Shown: positions 28,001 through 38,882 of the stretch, in pieces
Position numbering within the stretch: the stretch's first letter is position 1
Layout: every line of letters begins with the position of its first letter
IMG/VR virus record: IMGVR_UViG_3300036770_004227
Span: 1-60,605 of that record
From: a virus
Taxonomy: Duplodnaviria > Caudoviricetes
Strand: one strand, 5' to 3'
DNA length: 60,605 nt
Position numbers and translations under genes: made by a program
The notes under the pieces: model-generated
What the model saw: only the letters and a program-made list of their open reading frames with translations
What the model was told of the DNA's origin: nothing
Databases searched by the model: none

Positions 28001-31000
28001 TTGTCAATTACATATCTAGGTTTTATAGTGCTATCATATCCGTCAGCATACCAATCTTTGAATTGCCAATATTCTGGCACACTGTAACTCTGAACTCTAA
28101 TTAATTTCCATTCATTAGTAGAAACAAATATTGTTATATTACTGTTGTTGAACTCAGCACCACTGGTGAATGTATTTGTGACTACATACGCAATATCATT
28201 TCTAATAATGTACTGACCACGTTTATAGAGTGTATTTGGACTCCATTGAACTACTTCAGTATCCTTTACATATATTGTCCACAAATTGTTTACAGTTGAG
28301 TCATTCAATACCAATATCTTATATCCTGTAGGTAATACCTCGATATTAATAAACGACAACTCTTCTAAATTATTGACTATTTCATTGTAATTCTGTGAAT
28401 CATTGACTGGTATTGGCTCTCCGCCTAATAAAGTCGATAGATTGAATCCTCTAGAAACTACGAATTTCGATAGAATTTGATTTACATATACGATTATTTC
28501 CTTCAATGCTTGTATACGATCAACCACCATTGTTTGGCGTGGTCTGATGTCTATACCATAACGTGATTGTGGTGGCAGTGTAGCATCAGGAACTTGATTG
28601 CCAAATAGATCAACACCACTCAAACTGTCAACAAGTTTTGCAAATATTGTATTAGGAATTTCTCGTGATTTACTTCCTTGTTCAGATAGTATCGCATATT
28701 CATTGTGAATGATATTGCTATCTAGAACTTTCTTGTAATTCAAATGCAATACAACTTCACTGGCAACAACATCCTCCACTACATTGTACACTGTTAATGC
28801 AGATGAGCTTATCGCAGCAAAATATTTTATGCCACTGGATTTAGGATTTCTTATATAATTCGCAATAGATACAACAGGCACAGTTCTTTCATCTAGACTT
28901 ACATCTAACGTTATTTTATTCTTTACCCAGAAATAGTACTTTACTACTGCAAAGTTAGTATTAGGATCTATATAACTTTCCGTTACAAATGCTTCGTTAT
29001 TTGTGTACTTAGGAATTCCATCTCCGCCAGAAGATACATACTGACTAGGTGGATACAAACTTTCAACCCACTCGTATACATCAATACTGCTACCAGGGAA
29101 GGTATTACCCCAATTAGTTGAACGATATTTTGTAGATCCTTGTTCGTACTCTATATATCGAACAGTACTCAAATCCCACCAAACTTTTCCTACTTTATCA
29201 CTACCCCAGCACAAATCACTATTGTTTGCTACATCCGCTATAGTGGTATTGTTATATACTGCTGGATCATAATCTACCTTGTAAGAAATATTTTGTTCTG
29301 CAATTCCTAATATCTTACCTTTCACAGGATCTATATAATCAAAATAATCTAATATATTTTGGGTTTTAGTATCATATGTATAACAATTGATTATGCCGTT
29401 GATATCAACTTTCGGTGTTTCACTACGATATGTATCCCATCCTATCAGATTGTCCTGATTAACAAAACGATATACAGCACCTGCATTTATATTCAGTGCT
29501 GCATTATTCTTGGCACCAACGTATAATTCAAAATCGTTAATTGCGATACTGCTTCCGAATCCATCATTTGTTTTTATAGATGACCCTACTAGTACCGAGT
29601 TCAATTGCTGAATGTATACAAAATTGCCTGGATTTTGTATATTAGAAATGTTACTAGGCAAATAACCATAAATCCAAACAGCACCACTATTATCTATCGG
29701 CTCAACAAAACTAGTAGATTGTGAATCAAAAGTAGTAGTGTCACTATCAAAAATGGTCTTTTCAAGTGTGGCTGCTATATCACTGGCAACAATTAGTACA
29801 TCACTTGAGTTGTTTATCTTTACAACTTTTCCAAAATAATCATATGCTTTTTCATAAGCATTATTAATTATTTCAACTTGCTTGAATACTTCTAATCCAA
29901 GATCACTTATAGCAGTACCATTTCCAGGCAAAATTCTTAATTTATCAGAATTTATTTCAGAGTTACTGACTATACGCAAATAATTGTTGAAATTAGATGC
30001 GGTGACGCCTGGTATATTTGCATCGTTAATCGCTTTAATTATGTTTGTTAAATTCGTATCAGCAAATGTGATCAAGAAATTATTAATACGTATTTGATCA
30101 CCCGAGTTAACTGTTGGGTTCAATACTGTACCGGTTATTTCACCATAAACACGTCCTTGATTCAAATATCTATACACCGCTCCGCTGAATGTATTCGTTA
30201 CACTCTGATATGGCGCACCTACAAAAATGCTACAGTTATATCTACAGATATCGGCACTATATCCAAACAATTGATCAGTGTAGGGCAATGCCGGAGATAA
30301 ATCTTGTAATTTTTGAAACTGATTAGTTTCTATTTTTACAATTTTTCCCTTGCCTGGAGGCGTTAAGAATCGTACTATTTTCTCCGTAAATGCTATCCAA
30401 TCTTCATCTACTCCACGAACTTGTTCACTGTTGTCAATGTATACTCTTGTGAATTCGGTTATGTCTGTAGTCAATTCAAAGTAAACCTGCGCATCATCTT
30501 TGGCTATGAACGAATCAATCGAACGATTGTAGATAGATATATTTCCAGATGAAGTATATGTATCTGAGTTTACTGTGACATTTGCATATGGAGATGATAT
30601 CAATATTTGTTCACCATCTGATGTACATGTTACGTTATAACCAAATTTACCCTGGGCATTGCCTTGAATTATATCATAAAGTTTATAGCCCGGTAGTTGT
30701 TGAACAACAATACTACCAGCAGTAGGAGTAACCGCAAAAGTTATTTGATCGCCGCTTAGTGTATAGTCTTGATGCGGCATCAATATTTCCGAGTTAGAGG
30801 CGAATCTAACAAAAATATTTTCCTCGCTCACCGGAGTAAAATTTAATGTGTATGATGATTCGATTCCATCGGCAACAACGACATTTGAAAATGTGTCAAT
30901 CGTGCTACTTAGAGCATACACATACACATTACCCGCATCTGGTGCACCTATATACAGCCATCTGCCGTCGTTACTCATCGCAATACTGCTACCGAATGAT

Positions 31001-34000
31001 GCAGATGAAGTAACGTTAGGAGCAAGAATCTGCACATCAGACAGTGTGCCACCGCCTAAGTTTCGTTTATACACATATGCATAGCCTATATTTCCATAAC
31101 TTGTAGGCGCACCTACAACCGCATATGTATTAGTAGTCGCTAGGGCTGATCCGAAACCAGAAGATGCGTTTACTAATGAAATCAACGTTACATCTTCTAC
31201 CAAATCGTTATTGAAGTTAAGAACAAAGTTGCTTACTGAACCTTCGTTATTGTTAAACGTAGGCTGACCTATGAGTGCAAAATTGTTATCCGCAGTCACA
31301 GATATAGAACTGCCGAATCTACTATTCGCTGATATACTGCCTATGCGTAATTTGTCAGAAAAATCCCATGGCTCAGATTTGTTATATACTTCCCACAAGC
31401 CAGTTGTGCTTGTATTTTCAATCCATACTTTGTTATTATTTTTCCACTGAGTTTGTGTTTTCAGTGTTAAAATATTACTAGGTGAATCAACCTTCAATGA
31501 TTTTAACTTGTATATGCTACCCATGAAATCTTGACTGTTGAATCCACTCAAGCGTGAAGATACATCAATAGTAAATGTATTAAGCGATGTTACGCTAACT
31601 ATTTTATAGAATCCGTCGAATCTATCTACCATGGACAGCATGACAACATCACTGGTTGTAAGTCCATGGAATTTGTCGGTAGTAACGCTTACACGTTGAT
31701 TTAGTGCGTTTGCTATTTTTATTACTACACATCTAATATCTTCAAGTGTATAGATATTCCACTCTAGATTGTAATCTTTAGCAACCCATATTGTGCTGTT
31801 GGTTCCTATATTTGATATACTATCATTTAGAGTACTTATGTCGTTAATGTCAAATACAGTGTAATCAACATCTTCAACGTTAACGAACCCTGCTGTTTTT
31901 ATATCCTGTGTTGTATCGCTATTTTCATTTCTTGTTAACAAAAATGGTGCAGTCCAATTAGGCGTAGAAGTCTTATATAAGCCATTTGAAATAAATTGTG
32001 ATTCATATGAAACACTATTATTAGGCAATACTTCTATACTAGAAGGATTACTAATCATATATCTTTCGTCTAAAACTATCTCTACGTATCTATTAGTATC
32101 GGTACTACCATAAGATGCTATTCTAAATGCCCAGTCTTCATACATTGATAACTGAGATTGTTGCTGATTAACAATAACATTTCCTAGTGCATTTATAGCA
32201 TTGATTGTGCCCTTTTCTTTAATAAACCCTTGATAGAATTTTACTTGCGAAACGTCGTCTAAGCCTATGTTTTTCAAATAATCTCTATTCTTGTATCCTA
32301 TCAAAGACAGAGCATACAAATCAAAATCATTTTCTAGATTTATTTGATTTACATCGTAGAATGTTTCAAGTATCTCTGCGTTTCTTGAGAAACTGTTTAA
32401 TAAACCAGTTTTTATTCTATTTTTATCGACTGGTTTCCAGTCACTGAATTGAAACTCAGTGGTTGCTGGTAGATCACTTATTGCACTATAATAAAAACCT
32501 TTGTAGTCAACTAGGTCGCCCTTGCGATAATCAACACCGGATAACCATTGATCAACTCTTTCTGTATTGAACATGAATCCAGGAGCGTATACTGATCCAT
32601 TCCATTCTGCTGTTCTTGAACCAACAATCTTCAATCTATATTGTCTTTGTCCCATGACTGGATTGTAAATAACATCATTGAAAACTGTGTTGTTATTGAA
32701 TATCAAAGAATGTTCGTTTTGTACTAAATCAATCTCTAAGTAACCTATCAAATCTTTTTGATTCAATATTCTAATAGAAAAATTGTTACCATCACGCATT
32801 ACAGAATATCTATCAGAATTTAGTATTTTTCCATCTTTGTTTATTATCTTGCTGCCATAGAAAGAATTCTGTATCTTATCTGCAATAGCAACAGAATTGA
32901 AATACTTGATAGAACTACCTACCGGACTTAATGCAATTATATTGTTGATTTTCCAACCTTGTTGAATCCAGGTTAAAAACTCTCTTACGCTTAATTCCCA
33001 ATTTTTTACTTGTTGTAAATTGCCATCGTATTCGTCAAATACAAATCCCTGAAATTCTAGATATCTACCATAACCAGACAAAAAGTTAGACACTTGCTGT
33101 GTATTTGAAAATACAGTATTGTACGGTATATTAATTTTATATCTGGTATACTCTGTATAATAATTTACAACACCATCAAGTATTTTTATTGTTATAAATT
33201 TACCAGTGGTATCAGGTGGTATTACACTAAAGTATGGCTTATTTTTATCATATCCAGATATCTTAAAGCCTGCGTCCACACGCTCTATTATTACACCGCT
33301 ATATCTAGCATTCAATATAGGGGTTGATTTATTGATAACTAAATTATAATCATTATCTGGTATCAAAACACTTTCGTTAGTACTGTTTGGACTGTATTGT
33401 TCTGCTAGAACTTTAATAAAGTTCTTATCAGTATAACCAGCCATGCGATAACTTAACTGAACATTATAGTATCTAATGAAATTATATAATTCAGACTTAT
33501 CTAAAATTCCAAGACCAGTAAGATAATCACTAATGTAATTCAAATATCCAGTTGCCCTGACTACTTGACCATTAACAGTATGGCCATTTATATCTATATC
33601 ATTCTGTGTTATTCTGTTATTTGTGCCATAAATTAAATACTGATCTAATTCAGCATTATAGCGATACTTGTTAGTGTTTATTCCATATGAGAAGTACTTG
33701 GCTGGCTTGAATATAGCCATTACCAACTGCAATGCATATGGATAATCACTGCTGTTGCGCCAGGCAGTTTCTGTTGGGCTGTACTGGCCTATGTTCCAAG
33801 TACGACTGAATGTGTTTGCATCAAACTTGTTAGTTAACAATGAAAGTGGTGGTATCAATTTTCCATTTTCGTTTGCTGGTATGATGCCACTCAATCCTGG
33901 ACGTGCAAATAGCGGATCAAATCCTGCTCTAGGACCACGTGCTATATATCCATTTTCTAAATCAGTCCAAAGTATGGTATTACCAGATGTATATGGCGCT

Positions 34001-37000
34001 GGACCGTAAACTTCTTCCCACCAGTCAGGCTTTATCGTGAAGCCTAACATTTTCCAAGGACTTAGATGCGGATCTTGACAATCGTAAAAATACTGATAGC
34101 AGGCACGCCATGATCCAGGCAGTAACTCATTATTGATCTTGTCGTATGCTAATGCATAGTTATAAGAAAATGCATTATCATTTTCAAAAGTATCATTTTT
34201 TATGTAATCTAGGTTGTTTTGAGATGTCCAACGCAAGTAAGACGCCGCTAACGCTGCATTGAACTCTGATAATCTGAATCCAGTATCTCTGAATTTACCT
34301 GGTATAGTTTCAAAAATATTAACTAACTTATCGCTATATTCAACTTTTAGATTGTTGTAAATACGCTTCTCAAGTTCTAACAGTAGATTATCTCTATAAT
34401 CACCAAAAACGGGCATTACGCTGCCATCATGTCCGCGTAACATTGTTTGTGGTGTGTTGTAGGTACGATCTACGAAAATCTCTGGTATAAATTTAGGATA
34501 CAGTCCCAACTTCGTAGGTGTTTCCGGTATGTAACAACCGTCTGTGCTATCATATTCAACAATAGTTAATGTATCGTTAGTCTGTAGAGTTACAGCATCC
34601 GTAATTCTAACACCAGTTGAATCAGTTAAGAAAACATAATCTCTGCCAACAACTAATTGATTTCTATTCAAGTAGATCAGTATCGCTTTACTTGATAGTT
34701 CAGATAAACTGAAAATAGAAGTAATTTCATAGTCACGTTGAAAAACGTTGAATATTGTATATGTTATTACATTCTTTGTTCCTTGATATGGAACCATATC
34801 ACTATAATACCAAGGAAACTTTATGGTTTTAACTTGATTAATGATCTGAAGAATACTGTTTACTGAATTTTCTATATTTGATACATTTGTTGCTGGAACA
34901 GTTCCAGCAAGATTTAAGAATTTGCTCTTAAATTTATTGTATTCACTTTGAGCATACAATATACTGTTTATCGCACTGAACTTTTCACTGTTAAGGAACA
35001 TATTGGAAAATGTTACCGGAGCACTGTGTTGCAGCATTATTCCAGATTGATTTTCAATTTGTAAATCTCTGAGATTACTTCTACCAGGGTAATTACCTGC
35101 AAAAAATAAACTATTTTGAGCAACAGTTCCGATATGATTTCGTAATTCTCCAAGTGTAGGATTATCAAGAATTAAATTCTGTGAATTATAATTCAAATTA
35201 TCAGGTATCTGATAAAATCCTATGTTACTTGTTTTTGTACTATTATACACTAATATATCTATACGATCATTTTTATTGATTTCAGTTTTATCTATTGTTA
35301 TTAATAGAAAATCATTAGGTATATTGTATAATTGGAATTTATTAATGTCTAATTTTCTATAATTTACATAAACTATAAAATTTGGTTTAATCGTTGCTAA
35401 GTCTGGTTTTATATCTATTCTAAATGAATTATCAACACCATCGTAAACAAATGAAATGTCTTGCATTTGACGTGTTGGTGTGTTTGTATTTGTCCAAACA
35501 TTCAATTTTTGGAATGTTCCATCAGCATTGTTTTTATGCAAGAAACCAGAATTTATTTTTTTATCAATAACTCTATTATCAGATGAATATTGGAAATTAT
35601 CTACATCAAAATAATTCGTAAATTGTATATCACCTATATTATTGAGATTTTTGTATGCTAATGGGAATCCAAGTACTGGATCACTTGCTCCTGTGCCTAA
35701 TTTATATCCAAATAATTTTGTTCCTGCGAATCTAGTACTTGTTTTTACGGATGGATATTTTGTTAAATCAGAAAAACTATTATCAGTATCATCAAAGACA
35801 TCAAAGTAAGGCGTTTGATTTATAGTGGTTTTTGCCTGTCCCTCACGCCATACGTTATCCAGCAACCAAAAACTTTTGCCTACATTCGTTACACCGTTAA
35901 ACGCAGATACAACATCATAATCGCTAATATCGGCGTCTTCGGCTTCTACCAGATGTATAATCTTGTCAGTGGATGTACTATCGTCCTGATCTATGAAAGT
36001 TACTTGCCAAATTTTATTTCTTGTAAGCGGATCATTGTCCAGGCTGAATACAACACGCATTCCTTCTACTAGCAGTCTACCGTCAATATAAAAGCCCAGT
36101 TTTCCTTGAACATCTAAAAACGGTTTAGATATCAATGTATCGAATAAGTCTACTGGACGTTTTGCTTTTTTGCCAAAATTTAACAATTGCAAATCCGCAT
36201 CAAATTCGATGATAGGACGCTTGGCTCTAGAATCCGAATCAAGTATCAATGGCGTATTGTTGTATGCACTAGATATCTCTAAAACATTTTGATGGAACCA
36301 ACGATTACGTCTGGTCCAAGGATTCAAATCTTGACTTGCTCTGTTAATTACTATATAATCGGGATCACTCAAACTGCTATTTGTATCCACTGTAGTGTCG
36401 CCATAATATGACGGACCAATTATATATGGATATGTCTCAGTTATAAAATATGCATATGTTCCATTAGGAAATTCCGGCGTGACGCAATATCTTCCATTGT
36501 ACTGATCCAATCTTCCTAGACCAGGAACATATTCATAATCTTCAATAAATGATCCATATAAAAATTCAAATTTAAGTGAATCACCCACATTTACTGTAAC
36601 ATTTGAACTCAACTTGATTTGATTTATTGATCCAGAAAATTCAGGCAGTCCATTAACTGTTTTAAGAGAATTATCAATCACCCAAACGTTGCCTGAAGTT
36701 ATGCCAGCAGTGTTTAAAGTTATTCTCATTCCTGGATTGATACCGAAAGAACTATTAACCGTTATAAGATTAAAAGAACTTACGTTAGATGTAACTGTAC
36801 GTATTACGTACTTAGGTCTTGAAGGAGAAGTAATTTCTGACGAGAACTGATAAGAACTAGTCATTGGCACTGCTCCGCTACCAGCGTCAGTAGGATTTAG
36901 ATATCCGAATGGTCCATATATAGGATATCCATCAGCACTGAATCCTATTAACTTACTATGCCCGGTTGCTGGATCTATGTAACCAGATGAAAAGCCAGAT

Positions 37001-38868
37001 ACATTTCCCCATGCATTCGCTGTTATGAATTTACCATTCGTGTAAACATAATTACCATCGTCTATTGTCTGACCACCATACTGATCTTGTCCATTTATCA
37101 ACGTTTGATTAGTGTCGTAATGCCAAACGGTATCATTGATACCATTGATTGTTACACCATTTCCAACACCGTTAATCAATATTCCAGGTAGTGTTACACC
37201 TATCGTCTCTCCGCTAAAACGTATACTTTGATGTATACCAGATAAGTTGCCACCAGCACGATATGGATACTTAAATGTCAAATCTTGCTGTGATATAGCG
37301 ATGTCGTTATATTGATTAGGAAAATTCCCAGTTAGTACAGTCTGTCCATCTGGAAAATTAGTAGTAGAGATGGTAATTTGATCGGCTGCTTGATTTAATC
37401 TAGCATTAGCATAAACACTGAATGTTTCTTGAGGTCGATAGTTATTTTTTTCAACTGGTGCATTAATAACTAAATCATCTACGCTGATTAATTTAATACT
37501 AGTTCCAACACCTTCTACATAAAATTCTTTATTGCTATATGATTCAGGTAATACCGCAGTATCAAATGCTATCTTTAATCCATTTGTAAATGTAATGCCA
37601 TTTGGGCTAACATAATTAGTTTTACCTATAATCTCTGTATCAACGTTTATAACGTTGTTATCTGGCTCAACTAATCGTATAACTCCATACTGTTCTGCAT
37701 TCACACCATCTTGATAGTACAATGTATTCAGTGTGGCAGTTATTACTGGTATTTGCTCTAATTGTTGATTGCTGTTAGTATACCATTCAGTATTGCCGTA
37801 CTCAACACCAGATAGTATTATAACTTTGTTATTTACTGGGATAGATATATACGGAACTAAGTTTATAGTAAAATCTGATCCAGTAGAAACTAACAATATC
37901 TGCCATATGCCATAACGTTGTGATACTGGAACTACGGTACTACCACTTGTCCAATCCGCGGTGTTAGTAGAATATGATCCAAATATTAAATATTTTCCGC
38001 CTAAGTTTGATACCTGTCCATCTATTCCGTTGTATTGACTAGTGATTTCTGATAGGAGTTTACCTTGTAGATTTGCATAACTTATAGTTGATACTAAATC
38101 AACTGTTTGCAATACAGGCATTGTTATGTAAAAATCTTGTGCTATAGTAGTTGGCACATTGAAAGTAATTACACCAACATCTATACCGTTGTTTGTTACA
38201 CCTAGAATTTGTCTAGAACTAAGATTAGTTCTAGAACTTTTGCCGTTCAAACCTGGTTCCGTTTGTATCCAAAATGGCTTGCCTGGTTGATTTACAACGA
38301 ATTGATACGATCCTTTTCTTCCCAAAACTATATCTGGACTGGGAGTTATTCCATAACTACTAACGTTGTATGTTTTTACATTGTTGTCTGGATAGATATA
38401 GAACTTTTTTTCTAACTCTATATTCCCTGCAAACACATTTACTGCGTCTGGACCATTTGGTACCCAGTAATACTGACTGAAGTTTATGAAAGCATCTGCA
38501 TTAAATCTTGGATTATAACTGTAGTAATCACTTTGCCATAAGTTATTTTGATTTACTACGTTACCGCCGAAATATGCTATTTTTTGTAGAGTTTCCGGAT
38601 ATGTTTTTGAAAATTCTACTGTTTCAGTATCTGGATTTTTGTAAACTACAGTTGGCTCTAACTGATAATCAGCACGATATGCTGAATTTTCTTTTACGTA
38701 AGTATCTATGCCACTATAACCAGGAGCAAATTTTCTACCAACATATCCATTAATAGGAGACAGATTGGATTCGGTCGTCAATTGATCCAGTGTTGCTCCT
38801 AAGAATTTTTTATTTGCATCCGTTTGAAATACGGTAGGTAAAAAATTTGATGTTTTAGTTACTGCCAT
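25072..38868 (-). CDS. Giant (4598 aa) baseplate wedge / receptor-binding structural protein
   Basis: Follows gp6-like gene (gp7 position); YHYH-like domain (GFSADGYPIYGPFGY..FIEDYEY..LDQYNGR..TPEFPNGTYAYF), FG-GAP-like propeller repeats, W...T.Y..GD.V.Y carbohydrate-binding-type repeats. Confidence 0.75.
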   Translation of the reverse strand: MAVTKTSNFLPTVFQTDANKKFLGATLDQLTTESNLSPINGYVGRKFAPGYSGIDTYVKENSAYRADYQLEPTVVYKNPDTETVEFSKTYPETLQKIAYFGGNVVNQNNLWQSDYYSYNPRFNADAFINFSQYYWVPNGPDAVNVFAGNIELEKKFYIYPDNNVKTYNVSSYGITPSPDIVLGRKGSYQFVVNQPGKPFWIQTEPGLNGKSSRTNLSSRQILGVTNNGIDVGVITFNVPTTIAQDFYITMPVLQTVDLVSTISYANLQGKLLSEITSQYNGIDGQVSNLGGKYLIFGSYSTNTADWTSGSTVVPVSQRYGIWQILLVSTGSDFTINLVPYISIPVNNKVIILSGVEYGNTEWYTNSNQQLEQIPVITATLNTLYYQDGVNAEQYGVIRLVEPDNNVINVDTEIIGKTNYVSPNGITFTNGLKIAFDTAVLPESYSNKEFYVEGVGTSIKLISVDDLVINAPVEKNNYRPQETFSVYANARLNQAADQITISTTNFPDGQTVLTGNFPNQYNDIAISQQDLTFKYPYRAGGNLSGIHQSIRFSGETIGVTLPGILINGVGNGVTINGINDTVWHYDTNQTLINGQDQYGGQTIDDGNYVYTNGKFITANAWGNVSGFSSGYIDPATGHSKLIGFSADGYPIYGPFGYLNPTDAGSGAVPMTSSYQFSSEITSPSRPKYVIRTVTSNVSSFNLITVNSSFGINPGMRITLNTAGITSGNVWVIDNSLKTVNGLPEFSGSINQIKLSSNVTVNVGDSLKFEFLYGSFIEDYEYVPGLGRLDQYNGRYCVTPEFPNGTYAYFITETYPYIIGPSYYGDTTVDTNSSLSDPDYIVINRASQDLNPWTRRNRWFHQNVLEISSAYNNTPLILDSDSRAKRPIIEFDADLQLLNFGKKAKRPVDLFDTLISKPFLDVQGKLGFYIDGRLLVEGMRVVFSLDNDPLTRNKIWQVTFIDQDDSTSTDKIIHLVEAEDADISDYDVVSAFNGVTNVGKSFWLLDNVWREGQAKTTINQTPYFDVFDDTDNSFSDLTKYPSVKTSTRFAGTKLFGYKLGTGASDPVLGFPLAYKNLNNIGDIQFTNYFDVDNFQYSSDNRVIDKKINSGFLHKNNADGTFQKLNVWTNTNTPTRQMQDISFVYDGVDNSFRIDIKPDLATIKPNFIVYVNYRKLDINKFQLYNIPNDFLLITIDKTEINKNDRIDILVYNSTKTSNIGFYQIPDNLNYNSQNLILDNPTLGELRNHIGTVAQNSLFFAGNYPGRSNLRDLQIENQSGIMLQHSAPVTFSNMFLNSEKFSAINSILYAQSEYNKFKSKFLNLAGTVPATNVSNIENSVNSILQIINQVKTIKFPWYYSDMVPYQGTKNVITYTIFNVFQRDYEITSIFSLSELSSKAILIYLNRNQLVVGRDYVFLTDSTGVRITDAVTLQTNDTLTIVEYDSTDGCYIPETPTKLGLYPKFIPEIFVDRTYNTPQTMLRGHDGSVMPVFGDYRDNLLLELEKRIYNNLKVEYSDKLVNIFETIPGKFRDTGFRLSEFNAALAASYLRWTSQNNLDYIKNDTFENDNAFSYNYALAYDKINNELLPGSWRACYQYFYDCQDPHLSPWKMLGFTIKPDWWEEVYGPAPYTSGNTILWTDLENGYIARGPRAGFDPLFARPGLSGIIPANENGKLIPPLSLLTNKFDANTFSRTWNIGQYSPTETAWRNSSDYPYALQLVMAIFKPAKYFSYGINTNKYRYNAELDQYLIYGTNNRITQNDIDINGHTVNGQVVRATGYLNYISDYLTGLGILDKSELYNFIRYYNVQLSYRMAGYTDKNFIKVLAEQYSPNSTNESVLIPDNDYNLVINKSTPILNARYSGVIIERVDAGFKISGYDKNKPYFSVIPPDTTGKFITIKILDGVVNYYTEYTRYKINIPYNTVFSNTQQVSNFLSGYGRYLEFQGFVFDEYDGNLQQVKNWELSVREFLTWIQQGWKINNIIALSPVGSSIKYFNSVAIADKIQNSFYGSKIINKDGKILNSDRYSVMRDGNNFSIRILNQKDLIGYLEIDLVQNEHSLIFNNNTVFNDVIYNPVMGQRQYRLKIVGSRTAEWNGSVYAPGFMFNTERVDQWLSGVDYRKGDLVDYKGFYYSAISDLPATTEFQFSDWKPVDKNRIKTGLLNSFSRNAEILETFYDVNQINLENDFDLYALSLIGYKNRDYLKNIGLDDVSQVKFYQGFIKEKGTINAINALGNVIVNQQQSQLSMYEDWAFRIASYGSTDTNRYVEIVLDERYMISNPSSIEVLPNNSVSYESQFISNGLYKTSTPNWTAPFLLTRNENSDTTQDIKTAGFVNVEDVDYTVFDINDISTLNDSISNIGTNSTIWVAKDYNLEWNIYTLEDIRCVVIKIANALNQRVSVTTDKFHGLTTSDVVMLSMVDRFDGFYKIVSVTSLNTFTIDVSSRLSGFNSQDFMGSIYKLKSLKVDSPSNILTLKTQTQWKNNNKVWIENTSTTGLWEVYNKSEPWDFSDKLRIGSISANSRFGSSISVTADNNFALIGQPTFNNNEGSVSNFVLNFNNDLVEDVTLISLVNASSGFGSALATTNTYAVVGAPTSYGNIGYAYVYKRNLGGGTLSDVQILAPNVTSSASFGSSIAMSNDGRWLYIGAPDAGNVYVYALSSTIDTFSNVVVADGIESSYTLNFTPVSEENIFVRFASNSEILMPHQDYTLSGDQITFAVTPTAGSIVVQQLPGYKLYDIIQGNAQGKFGYNVTCTSDGEQILISSPYANVTVNSDTYTSSGNISIYNRSIDSFIAKDDAQVYFELTTDITEFTRVYIDNSEQVRGVDEDWIAFTEKIVRFLTPPGKGKIVKIETNQFQKLQDLSPALPYTDQLFGYSADICRYNCSIFVGAPYQSVTNTFSGAVYRYLNQGRVYGEITGTVLNPTVNSGDQIRINNFLITFADTNLTNIIKAINDANIPGVTASNFNNYLRIVSNSEINSDKLRILPGNGTAISDLGLEVFKQVEIINNAYEKAYDYFGKVVKINNSSDVLIVASDIAATLEKTIFDSDTTTFDSQSTSFVEPIDNSGAVWIYGYLPSNISNIQNPGNFVYIQQLNSVLVGSSIKTNDGFGSSIAINDFELYVGAKNNAALNINAGAVYRFVNQDNLIGWDTYRSETPKVDINGIINCYTYDTKTQNILDYFDYIDPVKGKILGIAEQNISYKVDYDPAVYNNTTIADVANNSDLCWGSDKVGKVWWDLSTVRYIEYEQGSTKYRSTNWGNTFPGSSIDVYEWVESLYPPSQYVSSGGDGIPKYTNNEAFVTESYIDPNTNFAVVKYYFWVKNKITLDVSLDERTVPVVSIANYIRNPKSSGIKYFAAISSSALTVYNVVEDVVASEVVLHLNYKKVLDSNIIHNEYAILSEQGSKSREIPNTIFAKLVDSLSGVDLFGNQVPDATLPPQSRYGIDIRPRQTMVVDRIQALKEIIVYVNQILSKFVVSRGFNLSTLLGGEPIPVNDSQNYNEIVNNLEELSFINIEVLPTGYKILVLNDSTVNNLWTIYVKDTEVVQWSPNTLYKRGQYIIRNDIAYVVTNTFTSGAEFNNSNITIFVSTNEWKLIRVQSYSVPEYWQFKDWYADGYDSTIKPRYVIDNNSQITNLRLRNGDTVKILNNGQGKWYIIQVFSNTVNTIAIQDGTIEFRDNLYDLPAYGMGFDNDNFDSLRYDQNPSIEIRQIINSLKNDIFVNDLDGEFLKLFFVFVNYVLSEQKSVDWLFKTSFIDVLQKFSGTIKPQIYYKENQDFYLQYIQEVKPYKTTLRDYIVGYNYVDNYTGYVTDFDVPPYYDEVLKLSRSPSGEFLNDANALTRPEYLDWLTNYSYSIESVQILSGGSGYTVAPDIKVTGSTTGNDAIIRVLVNAGVVTRAILLYGGTNYITDPVLTINGGNGTGLQLKVNLSNKLIRSFKTSIVYDRITYGSNVVEWQPKTAFVQGTIIAQQGKAYVVNTDFKSNAVFNENNLTPYSVNNFNTANDRIQAYYQPTDQMPDKEFSLLQKGIDYPGVKIEGADYGASTGFDGIGFDATVFDPTEIDSDGTFLLSESLLDTKITSSFGDNTLGIKPEDIIVDGGPYVYDTYREWTANTVYNKGDLVYYNNRIWYTVVPYTSGNTFTTSNLSIYNIGPYASHGPEELVTGRVYDTLDITVSTFAVRGDGSEYTDWVDTSAFKVGEIVFVSSGLGYSGNTISVLIDGGSPSTQAEAQITLNTNGSAISATIVNAGEGYTTTPNVIVTGANIEPIVAVAVMTPTDAPSSSDPYALMSYRVFKDMNDNYTFLRLDSSATTTLNANVSYNDTVIYVTDASKLPEPAPSGAQPGVVYINGERIVYFYKNNTSNILGQLRRGTGGTGIKNHTIGDTVVDGSQSQIVINSDVREWYAGNVGTGTINVSMNSTTVIGTGTSFETELTIGGNIFLSDGRYVGVVSVINTDTDVTLEQNSAVNALDAEFEYSANIIISKWYNAIGTGTINVSTSSNHIIGTNTLFTSELYIGGNILIDNIYTGVVSAINSDTNVSVVSTPGINATNSTFEYSPNVSYTFYSNTSYLRSNLWYSTGTGTATDGRGLFMANTIQVQFLKEGI

Positions 38869-38882
38869 AGTATTATCTTCTG

